64,000 nucleotides of DNA from Macrostomum lignano (Eukaryota): NCBI GenBank assembly GCA_002269645.1, contig NIVC01000464.1, positions 186,001-250,000 of the forward strand, in the 5' to 3' direction. The notes under the pieces are model-generated. The model was not told the origin of the DNA and searched no databases. It was given only the letters and a program-made list of their open reading frames with translations. Both the position numbers and the translations under genes were made by a program. Below, in pieces: positions 12,931 through 24,400 of the stretch. Position 1 is the stretch's first letter, and every line of letters begins with the position of its first letter.

Positions 12931-13350
12931 ATGTCGGACTCGAAAAACTATATTTCAAAGCTCTGGATGCGACTCTCCGAGCACGACAAAGACTTGCTGC
13001 GAAAATTTTTCAATGCTCACGTCAAGGAAATGCCCATCGACATACTGCTGTTGAGACAAAATCTCGCGTCAATGCGACACGCTCTGAAGAGGTCGATTTC
13101 GCCTGACAGACTTCAGCACGGCATCCTCACTGTTCTGCTGCTCATCAACCTGACGTTCTTGCTCACTCTGGTGCTCTACTTTGCGTGCAGCAGGCAGGCC
13201 GGCAGGTCGACCGAACTATTCCCCTGCAATTGCGTCATCGAGGAGTCCAACGAGGGGGTCAGTCGTAAACTGAAGGCCAAGCAGAAGAACAAAGATTATC
13301 ATAACAACCTGCGGTTCACGAACGTCCCGCCTAGTAACCAGAGGAAGTGA
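12931..13350 (+). CDS. Hypothetical single-exon membrane protein (139 aa, one TM helix)
   Basis: GC-elevated open frame from CCACAATG to TGA, hydrophobic stretch GILTVLLLINLTFLLTLVLYFAC; no recognised family. Confidence 0.55.
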   Translation: MSDSKNYISKLWMRLSEHDKDLLRKFFNAHVKEMPIDILLLRQNLASMRHALKRSISPDRLQHGILTVLLLINLTFLLTLVLYFACSRQAGRSTELFPCNCVIEESNEGVSRKLKAKQKNKDYHNNLRFTNVPPSNQRK

Positions 13351-13591
13351 TTTTTGCTGTATTCGATGGCAATTAATTAATTATTACTATGCGTTGACGT
13401 CATAATCAACATTTACTCGAATTCTATTGCATGTCTCAATAATCAATAATAGGTGTACAGATTAAAAATAAAATTCCCAAGCATGTATTTTGGCTGCTGT
13501 GCTACACAAGACATTGGTTTATACGAGGTAATGAAGGAGAAGTTAACATTTCGTATTGAAGTATCGGTGAAGTTCACGGCTCTGACTAGAA

Positions 13592-13890
13592 GGGGTTGTA
13601 GTCTAGTGGTTAGAGCGTCGGATTCACAACTGGAACGCCCAGGGTTCGATTCTCGACCCACTCAGACACAATTTGTGTCCTTGAGCAAGACACTTTAACT
13701 CTGCATTGCTTCAGTTCACCCAGCTGTAAAATGGGTGCCAGCATTAATTAGCTGGGGTAATTAAGGGTGTGGCGACCCCCCAGTCCTTGGACTGAACAGC
13801 CGTACGCAGCTTTCAGATGCGCCGCGCAATAGCTGCGGCTGAGCTGTCGGTTGCACATCTGGCCATTAGGGCTGGTGTAGTTGGTAGGTA
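13592..13890 (+). mobile_element. tRNA-headed SINE family 1 (CORE-like), full copy
   Basis: A-box TAGTGGTTAGAGC, B-box GGTTCGATTC, central GTGTCCTTGAGCAAGACACTT...TCAGTTCACCCAGCTGTAAAATGGG; five copies in window. Confidence 0.85.
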
Positions 13891-14651
13891 CAAATGTCCT
13901 TGAGTTGGTACTTGCGACAGGTTTAAATCATATCGCACTAATCCCAACCGCCTTTTTCGCTATTAAGTCGGGGAAATTTTTCCCTGCAGTCAAAAGTCTA
14001 CTCACTCTCAGCTACATGTAGCTTTGCGTGAAATTGTAGATAGAAGCCGATTCAACAAGACGGACTTCAGAGCGCATAGATAATATGGAAAAGTTGATGC
14101 CACAGCATTTACTTTGCTTCCCTTTTGCCGAGCCATGCGAGCCTGCAGAACCTCCAGCATCTTCAGGGGGTGTCAGTCAAAGAGACTTCAGTATTGTAGC
14201 GGTCTCAAGGGGTTGGCTTGAGAGCTTCAGAGGCAACCCGAGCAGCACTGCCCCCGGGGCTCGCCTACTCGAGCGGGTCTTCCTATCGAAGGCAACTTGC
14301 TCGGTTGGGTAAAAAAGAATGATGAAAAGTCACGCTTGTCTCTTTCTATAAGCCAGTCATCCTGGGAAATTTTCAGAGTGCCGACAGGGAAATTATCATT
14401 CCATAGATGGAAGAAGATTAGGAACTCGAATAACTGATTTAGTTCGAATTCGAATGCATTTAAGTGCAAGATGTAAGATAGTCACCGATGCTGGCTTTAG
14501 CTGAGGCTATTTTTGGCATTCAGCATTTTAAATTACCGTCCAGGCGACTTCAGCTGGCACCCACTGCATCATTGACTGCCTTCTGGCTGAAGCCAACGAC
14601 TCAGCATTTCTGAAAAAATGTTTGTTCTGCACTCAGCGGTCGCACACCCGT

Positions 14652-14945
14652 AATAATAACAATTGATTGCACCTGCCCGATTGGCCAGATGTGCAACCGA
14701 AAGCTCAGCCGCAGCTATTGCGCGGCGCATCTGAAGGCTGCGTACGGCTGTTCAGTCAAAGGACTGGGGGGTCGCCACACACACCATCAATTACCCCAGC
14801 TGATACTGGCACCCATTTTACATTTTTTGTGTGAACTGATGCAATGCAGAGCTAAGTGTCTCTTGCTCAAGGACACAAATTGTTCCAAGTGGGATCGGGA
14901 ATCGAACCTCCGACCTTCAAGTCGTGAGTCTGACAGGTTACCATG
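14652..14945 (-). mobile_element. SINE family 1 copy
   Basis: Reverse-complement match to 13592 copy, with (TTA)n-like tail. Confidence 0.8.
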
Positions 14946-17509
14946 TATTAGTTTGTAATTTCTATGTGCAATTCTCACAAGGAAGCTAATTTGAGGACGG
15001 CAGCTTCGCACAAAAGCACTGAGCAGAATAATAAAACCAAGCCGCTTTGTGCTTGCATTGTTGAATAAGTCAGCGCTTGGGTACGAGTGGGCATCCTCAG
15101 TAATACTACTTTGTCCAAATCTCCTTTGCTATTGACCTCAGCCTGAAGTTCAGCGCGCATAACGTTAGGAAAAAGGATGTGCCGATGGCCAAAGGCGGGT
15201 GGAGACGGAGCTCGTAGGCTTGGCCAAGGAACCTCGCAACCAGAAACTGGAGTGGCAACTCTTTCTAGATCCCTCATATTTTCAGACAACTCTAAGCTGA
15301 GAGCAAACAAGCGCGCCAATACTGTACGCAGGTGCGCACTCATACACCCGCTCATACAGGGTGTACAGCGGCCCTTTGACTGTCTAATCGTCAGGCATGT
15401 ACAGTCTGTGTGCCCTAAGATCACGTAGGCACAATTGCACAACAACCCCCTGGCAAAACTTCGACTAAAAAACTTTTTTGCGTCATGCAACACACACAAC
15501 CTATTTGACCTCCGACTGCATGCTCACTGCAGGTTATTGCTTGGAATCCAATGGTTATTTACTCAGGTTCGGTAGAAATGACCTGAACAATGAGCCGAGT
15601 GTTTCTACTGTAAAGTAAATTTGTGCATAGAATGAGAAACCGCATCCAGATTCTGGCTCTGGCTCTCCTTGGCTTGGCTTTACTGCCTCAACTGCCTCGG
15701 CAGAGAGACTGGAGGCACGCAGCTGGGCAAGGCAATTGAAGGGCCGGATGGGGATTTAATGGGAGTAGGGGAATAATAAGCACATAGGTGAACCGAGCAG
15801 CTGCGGACTGAGAGAGTGGGGTCGGATAGTGCATTGTGCCACACAGTGACACGCTTTGGCAGGAAAGCATATAGCAATAAAATAGCCCAGGAAACAAAGA
15901 ATGAAGCGGATGAGAGCCGGATCAAGTGCTCATGCGTGGATGTAGCTCATTTATTACTAATCACACAGGCCACTATATACACAACATTTACTGCTAAAGC
16001 GTTTATAACGAGTGCCCAATCAGGTGCAATCTTGAATAAATCTTTACTGTACACCCCGTGTGAGCGTGTGCATGAGTGCGGCCCGGGTGCCCGCAAGCCT
16101 CCAGGTGTGGATTGAGAAAGGATCGATAGAAACTTTCACTCCGCTCGTATGACAGTATTTATAAAATAATTTTTAAGGTTAGCTCAGAAATTTGGCTTCA
16201 AAATTGAAAGGTCACAAGGTACTAACGGATTTACCGCCTAGGACTAAACTAGAGCTATACTAAATCCCAGTAAATCAAGCAGAGCAGCGTATGGCTCCGA
16301 CTGATTAAGCCAGCGAAGGTAATTCAACTGCAAATCCGGGATGTAATTATTGTTCGACTGGACAGGTTCAGCCCATGACTGCCAAGTTGTAATCATCGTT
16401 ATCTCCCTTGTCGGCTTTTAATCTCTTTCCCTGCCCCTCTCCTGTCTCGCCCTTTGTCTCACCTTTCAGGTGATGCCTTTTATTCGCTCACAGAGTAGCG
16501 GCCTTCAGTTTCTCAATAATGTTTGCAACATAACTGAAAATCGCTAGTCTAATCAATGCTTTTTCGCCCGAAGCAGCCGAGCGTAATGCTGCACTGCTGC
16601 TGCTGCTACTAGAGGAAGAGGAGATGGTGAGCGGGTGGAGAGAGTAGCTGAATGAAATTTAATTGGAAGAGTTCAAAGGCCCAATTAATTTTATGCCTAT
16701 TATTGATTGTCGATTGTCATTCCCATACAGACGCACATCTGCATAGCTCAGATTATTGCGTACTGGAAGAGGTGCTGTACACAGCCATCCCTGGGGAGGG
16801 GACAAAGGGGAGGCAAGGCAGCTAGAATTCCTATTGAGCCACTCAGAAGCAACAGAGACAAAAGATGCAGATGCAGCCCCCTAGAGAGAACTTGTTGGGA
16901 GCGGATGTCACGGCCCTGCTCAGCCATGCCTTTCGCTTGAGCCTCGCAGTCACGCAGGCCATGCAGAAAGCTCATTCGCGTGCAGAATTCCCACAGTCCA
17001 GAGTCGGAGCCTGCGCCACAACCAATTGGAGTGCGTCTGCACGATTCTGCACGCACTGAGCAGGAGCGGATGAATTTCTCCTGGGCATTCATTCTACTGC
17101 TTGCTCTCCCGTCTTACCGAGGAGTCTCCACTTGCGTGCGCCACTCGGTACTGTGATAAATTTTATAGCTGAAAATCTGGTTTAAACCTGAACTGGATTC
17201 ATATTGCATGAGATTATTGGTGCAATATTCAGTCGCGCTAAAATAGAATATGATAAACTACGAATACGACGACTGCAGGCCGATGATGCCTCAGGCGTCT
17301 CCGGCGCACATTTACACGAGAGCCGCGGCCTCGAGGTCAGGGCAGTCGAGAACTGACAGATCTCTGTTGAGAAAAATGATCCGACAGCAGACCATTGGCA
17401 GTGCACCATACGGTGGTGAGTGCTCACAAATACTGATTATTTTCTCCTGACTACAGCAATATACATGCGCCTGACTGAGACACGAGCTCAGTAACGTCAT
17501 TTTTTATTA

Positions 17510-17870
17510 GAGGCAGGGGGGTTGTGTGCACCCTGGTGCACTTTAAGCGACATTGTCACACAACCGGCGAGAGGCATTACTGCCTATTCCGCCGACTCCC
17601 CTGAGCAGGCAGACAAGCGCGCGGATACGTACGCAGTCATACGCACAGGCACACACTCACACAGGAGTGTACAGCGGCCCTGACTTTATTAATCCTTAGG
17701 CATGTACACTTAACTGTGAATTGGGGGGGGGGGTTGGCCCTCAAGGCCGTTAATTGCACGAGCAGAGCCAAGCCGAGATTCCAACTCAGCTACAATTAAT
17801 GTGACTGCACTTGGACTCGAGCCTCGGCCGCTTGCAGATCAGAGCGACGCGCTTGACAACTGGGCTACGG
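17510..17870 (-). mobile_element. tRNA-headed SINE family 2 copy
   Basis: Matches copies at 34030, 38595 and 55505 (GGCTCGAGTCCAAGTGCAGTC...GGCCGCTGTACACTCCTGTGTG...CAGGGTGCACAC). Confidence 0.8.
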
Positions 17871-18734
17871 ACTCCCTTACTGGAGATGTTTAAGAGAACC
17901 AGATAATAAATGATAAAGACGTTAAAGCTATTGTTGGTGGCAACCAAGGTAAAGAGCCTAAAAGGGTGAAAGTTTGAAAGTAAGGATGAGATTAAAATCC
18001 AAATCTTAAATCAAAGTGACAACTGTCCTTTTGAAATACTTTTTCTCTTTATTTAGAAAAGGGACAAACAGGGATTATAGAATTATGATGTTAGCCACAG
18101 GAAAGAAAAAAGCTTCAAGGAAGCTTCAAGGAAGTGAATGCAAATTGTGCGACTGTTTCAGTCACAACAGAGGAGACACCGGATGTAGAGAAGGTGTTAC
18201 AATGAAGCCTTTGATGAAGCTAGGGTGTCTGGAGTCAGACAAATACAAAAAAACTGTCCGACTTACCCTCAGCTCACTCGGCTGTAAAAACTGTTGGCTG
18301 CCTACTGACAAGTTCCAAAAAAGCTACGGCGCGTCACACGACTTCAGCGTTGTTGTGAGGTCGCAACAGAAAATCTATTATTGTAGGAGAGAGTATGTGA
18401 CGACTCTGACTCTCTGAATCTATTAACAAGCTCGAGAATCAATAATACCTTGGTAGCAAAATGATAACTGTAACAAACAGATACAGATAGGAAACAGATA
18501 GGATTTCGGAGAACAAATCTATAGTAATTCCGGCAACAAAGAGACTGGAATCGAGAAACCTCATTGATCCTGTACAATAGCTTTGTATTTATTATACACA
18601 AAAATGTATTATATGTTATTATAAAATATTGTCCATGCCATTTATAGACTGCTCCAGCGTTATTGCAGCGCATTTCGGAGCCAGGCTATACTAGTTTATA
18701 AGCTGCTCCAAAGATTAAATGATGCACTCTGTAC

Positions 18735-19095
18735 GTCGTTACTTCTAACCTCGTCACTTCTAACCTCGTCACTTCTAACCTCGTCACTTCTAACCTCGTC
18801 ACTTCTAACCTCGTCACTTCTAACCTCGTCACTTCTAACCTTGTCACTTCTAACCTAGTCACCTCGTCACCTCGTCACTTCTAACCTTGTCACTTCTAAC
18901 CTAGTCACCTCGTCACCTCGTCACTTCTAACCTCGTCACATCTAACCTCGTCACATAACCTCGTTACATCTAACCTTGTCACTTCTAACCTCGTCAGATC
19001 TGACCTCGTCAGATCTAACCTTGTCACTTCTAACCTCGTCACTTCTAACCTCGTCACTTCTAACCTCGTCACTTCTAATCTCGTCACATCTAACC
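18735..19095. repeat. 15-bp minisatellite (AACCTCGTCACTTCT)n
   Basis: Visible tandem units; source of the LEVTR ORF. Confidence 0.9.
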
Positions 19096-21465
19096 GATCG
19101 TCACTTCCAACATCGATGCCAGTTAAGACTGAGCCATCTTGGTGGGGATCATGGATTTCTCGTCTAGATAATAGAAGTGTAAGTTGCCGACATATGCCAA
19201 GTCACTCGTCTGATAATTGCTACGGACCGTCAATGTTTGTAGTCATATATTCTTCACAGTGAATTCTATTCGACTTAGGACGAAATCCTTGTCCACATCG
19301 GGACGGGGTTCACCACAGACTATCTCTTCTTTCGTGAAACACTGTCACTCATAATTTCGATTGTTTCTCTCTTCGAGTCTGGTTCATAAAACACCTATAT
19401 ATCCTAACCTCAGGGCTACGTTGGAACCTAAGATAAAAATTTGCTCTGAGAAACACCCCTCTAGTTGACAAACATCGGCGGGCAAAGATAACTGTCGAAA
19501 CGCATTGGCTAGTTAGAGAATTGAGATTGTTAAAATGATTTTGATTTTAGATTTTTAGCGCCACCCGGAATTGATACACCATTGACTCGATCGAAAGCTT
19601 AGAGTTTGTCTTAGTGGCATTACAAAAGTCCAACATTCTTATGGTTGCCGGTACCATTGGCGTTACATAGGATGCATACATGGCAAAGGAAATTAGTAAG
19701 GGAAACCAAGTCCATCGGGAGTGCGCTGGGCTCGGCGCAGTGCTATAGAATTATTCATGCCTTTAATGCGACATCCATTATTTGCAGTAACCTTGCGGTA
19801 TAATTATCCAACCTATCTTAGCTCCACACCCAAGATTTTTTTCACCACATGCCCGATCCTCTCGCTTTCATCTGTATATAATCCGATGAAGTCGTCAACC
19901 CTCTCGACCCCGAGCCCAATTTGCAATCTGAGTGACAGTGATCTGTGCACTAGTTGATGTCTAGAGCACACAGCATGCATATACAGGGGAAACAAGAGAC
20001 CGCATTGGGGTTGGGCAGATAGCCTGGCTTGAAGACGATACGGGACACAAAGGGAGAGACAGGTGAGACCGGGGCGGAAGCCCGAGGGCCTTCTAATTTT
20101 CGATCGCGGTCTCAGGCAAAATAGGATCGGAAAAAAGCCTAATATGTAATATGTATTTATGCGCCCGAAGAAACACGTGATGGCTCCGTACACTATAGAT
20201 ATACTGGGGGCGTAAGTGCTGAGTAAATTCTCAAGGATGAGCAGTCAGATTTTTTGCAACGACTCCGCCTTTGAACTCATATTTCTTTGCTGTTTGGGAA
20301 TGCTTTTTTATTTATAGATCTATACGAGTTCCTTTTGACTCTAAACTGCGAAGATAGAAATATGTACTCAGGAAGTCCTCGAGTTAATCCTATCAACTCA
20401 TGTATCACAATCCTTGTTTGTTTTAGTGTTACAAACTTTATTAGTCCTTGTCCCTTGTTACTAACTCTTTGAGTCGCAAGGGCGTGTTTTATACCTGTTA
20501 AATTCGTGGCTACGAATATAAGGCGAGCAACCACTTTCCATGATCGAAAGAATTGAGCGTTTTTTCTCTTGATATACTACTGAAAATTAGAGTGTTCCAT
20601 AAGTAGTATACTAATAGTATAATATGTTTATTTTTTTCTTTCATATAGTCAACAATTTCAAAATAACTCAATAAAGTGTAATAAGTAATAAGCTATCAGT
20701 TTCTAGTTTGACTTTAGTTTCATGCTATTTATTAGCCACTACATGTAGATGGATAGTTGACGCTAATAGTGCATAGACATGATAAAAGTACACGAATAGT
20801 ATTAGGACATTTTTGGATGAAGTTAGCTATCTGGTAGGCGGTAGAACTGAAAAGTCTGCACAAGAACAAGTTATGCCGATGCAATACCAGCTGATACACA
20901 GTGCATACTCTCGTAGCGGCACCTCGATGCGCACTAAGCCGCATCTAGATCCTAGCTGACTGGTGGCACTCGCCGCGGGCGGAGGCATCTCAAATTGGGC
21001 CGTCAATTTAACCAATTAGCCAATTAGCAAAACCAATTAGCCGAGGTTTAACAGAAATCGCGCTGCTGACTCTGACTGAGCGATGACTGCCTGTCATATT
21101 TATCCTCAACTCAGCACCATAGTCGCAGAACTAAGTCTCAATTCGGCCTGATCGAATATTGAGCACCATGCAGGCGCGAAAACTTAAACTATACACTTTT
21201 ATCCTCTAGCTTGCTAGTCGGGAAACATTCATGAACCCGTCTGGAAACTGGGACTCAACTGATACCGGAGATTCGGTCACGAAACCCGTTTCCGTTGCTT
21301 GTAGTTTGAATATCCTGCACAATAACATACATCTTGATTTATTTATCATCAATGCAGTCTCACGATAGTCGTATGCACGCTCGCGAAGTGACATTTCATC
21401 TCAGTTGAATCTTATTAGGGTCGAAATTCTTATTCAGTTTCCTATGTTTTTCATTTCATTGCCAG

Positions 21466-24400
21466 TCAACTTTGAGATTGGTCTGCAAGCAAGACTTTTA
21501 TAGCCAATCAGACTCCAGTCCAAACCCATCCCATCAAAACCATGCAGACTCCGACAGCGCCACTGCTCTGATAGACCGCAGCGAGTCTCTGCCTGTTGAT
21601 GATTTCGGGCTAAGTGACCGGCTGCGCCTGTTGAGCAAGCAGTCAGCTGCAACCTCCGGTCAGCACTCCCAGACCCCGCCTGAGCCACAGCCGAGAACGC
21701 GCCGTCCGGATTTGAAAGCTATGCGGGCCTTTAAATCGCTCGACACCTCATCATCCGTGGCAGCACCTGCCAACTCGGCAGCCGCAGCCTCCTCTTCTGT
21801 GTGCACCTCCGCGTCTCCTCCAAACCGGAAGTCGTCAAAATCGATGGAGTCGTGCACGGAATTTTCCGGCTACTCTTCCCAGGGCCAGAAGCAGCAGGAC
21901 AGTCCAAGCAGGAATTCTTCCAAAGTGCGCCGCTGGCCCAGCCTGAGGTCCCGCATCGGCTCCCGCCTTGGCTCCCTTCGAAGGCAGCAGACTCTCAGCA
22001 GAATCCTTCGCTGCAGTCTCTGCAGCAGCCATCGAACGGATTGCAACAGCAGCAACAGCAGCAATGCATGCAGCCCGATTGCATTGAGAAATGCGACTCT
22101 AACAGCCAACTAGACGATGCTGCAGTGCTGGAGACGGGCTGTGAATTGCCCGAAGATCAGAAGCAGAGCACGTCCAGCTACCTGAAAGAGCAGTTCTTCG
22201 CCTTCTTCCAGCCGTCGGACAACAAGCTGGCAATGAAGCTGTTTGGCAATAAAAACGCTCTGTTAAAAGAGAAGCAGAGACAGCAGCAGTCTGGCAAATG
22301 GATCATTCATCCGTGCAGCAACTTTCGGTAAGGCGTGAAGTCAGTATTTATTTAACATTGGCTGTTAGTCAATTGTCCAAGCAATTTGTAGTTTTACTCT
22401 AATTATACACGTATAGCAACTATGCTTGGCTCGGCTTCCAGTAACTAAAGCATGAACACTGTAGTCACGACTCTTCAATGCTCTTCCACTCTCTCAACCC
22501 ATGGGCCTAATTAACCTGACTGTCCATCATTCGTCATCACGCTTCTCTCCTGTCTAGAGTTGGCGGGCTACTAGACAGTTGGGTAATTTCCATTTCAAAA
22601 CACAGCACCAAGGCTCTTTATCATAGCTACTTAACGGGGGTACCGATGTAGATGCTATTGTTGTGCTATTTGTCAACTTGCCTACCATCTAGCTATGGAA
22701 AGTTCCTCCACTCATTCAGGCACTTCACTCTCGCTACATTCCTCCAGCTGCCGGGTGGACCGGGTGGAATTCTTTGTTTCACTTCTTTCCATTGCGGAAA
22801 GCTACGCAAAACATGCATCAAAGGCGAACATACGCGGCTCCCGCAGAGCCGCTTGAAAATTATTTTAATGAGCCTGACAGACAAGGCGCATGAGACATTG
22901 TTCTTTATTTAATAGTACAATTTCATTTGCAGTTAGCTCTCGCATTCTGAAATTAAGCAAAGAAGAGTTTTAGACAGACTTCAATGGAAATGCATCACCG
23001 CTTCCTCCTTTGTGACTCTCAGTTTCTACTGGGACCTCCTGATGCTGATCCTCCTGATAACCAACTTGGTTGTGCTACCGGTGGCGATATCGTTCTTCAA
23101 CGACGACCTCAGCGCGCATTGGATCATATTTAACTGCTTGTCCGACACCATCTTTTTAAGCGATATTGCCGTCAACTTTCGAACCGGTTTGTTTCCAGAC
23201 TTTTCCTTCACCTGTGAAAGACATGATGCTCTCTATACTTCCTATTTAAGCATCTAAATTTTATCAAATATTGCAGGCGTAATAACAAACGACTTCGCGG
23301 ACGAAATCATACTGGATCCAAAGCTGATAGCTCAACACTACGTCAAGTCGTGGTTCTTTCTCGATCTAGTGTCCTCTATTCCAATGGATTATATATTTTT
23401 GGCTCTGAATCAGCGAGGCAATGTTAGCCAACTGGTACATGCGGGTGAGTTTAACAGCTGCCACTACCTATGCCGATATCTCACCATGAGAGTGGTCAAG
23501 GACAAGTAGCACCAATGGTGCCCCATTTTTTTCACTCTGATGTAGAAGTGAAATAAACCTAAACCAACTTAACCGCACAGCTCCAAAGCCCATCAAATCC
23601 TTGCTCATCCAGGTCGAGCGCTGAGGATCCTACGTCTAGCCAAGTTGCTCAGCCTGCTAAGACTGCTACGGCTCTCGCGATTGGTTCGCTATGTCAGCCA
23701 ATGGGAAGAGGTGAGTGGATTTTATTATCAAAGCTGCAAATTCTTTTATATGACACTATTGCGATATTGCGTCTCAATATCATGCAGATACCAGGGTATT
23801 TTTAAACGCCCATAATTCATCAATTGTAATTACTGTAACAACACCTTGTTTACTGCAGTTTTTTGGTTTGGTACATTTCTAACACATGTCACTTGCATTC
23901 TACATTTTACTACATTTTCCGAGTCGCCAGTATTTAGAGCACTAAAATGTAACGTAAGAAATCAATATAAATTTCAGCTATTGCAAGTTGCAACAAAGTG
24001 CCTTGGAATAGTAAAGCTGATTCTAATAATGCTGCTCCTTGGCCACTGGAACGCTTGCCTCCAATTCCTTGTGCCGTTTCTCAACGACTTCCCAGACGAC
24101 TCTTGGGTAACCAAGGAAGGATTAAAGGTGAAGCAGCAGTTCACTGCAATCGGTAGACCCGGGCAATTCACGAATACCGGATGATATTCGCACGCTCGCT
24201 TAGCGCATACTAGATGCCGATACTAGAACCTGCCTAGTTTTGCAATAACTCCAAGCCTAATTGGCTGTTTGTGTTAGCCTGACTTCGATAATGAGACTTC
24301 GATAGTGTTTTTCTGAGGTTGGAATTAAAATGCTACTAGCTACGAAGATTATATAAAAAAATAAGTCTTGATTATAAAATGCAAAGGTAGCAGCAGAGAG

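Noticed and set aside
13592-13670. tRNA gene (also at ~36476, ~43249 and ~63252)
   Set aside because: A and B boxes are present, but each continues into the same SINE body with no complete cloverleaf or terminator
14085-16115. Several 75-175 aa ORFs
   Set aside because: Overlap SINE fragments, no motif recognised, no consistent splice model
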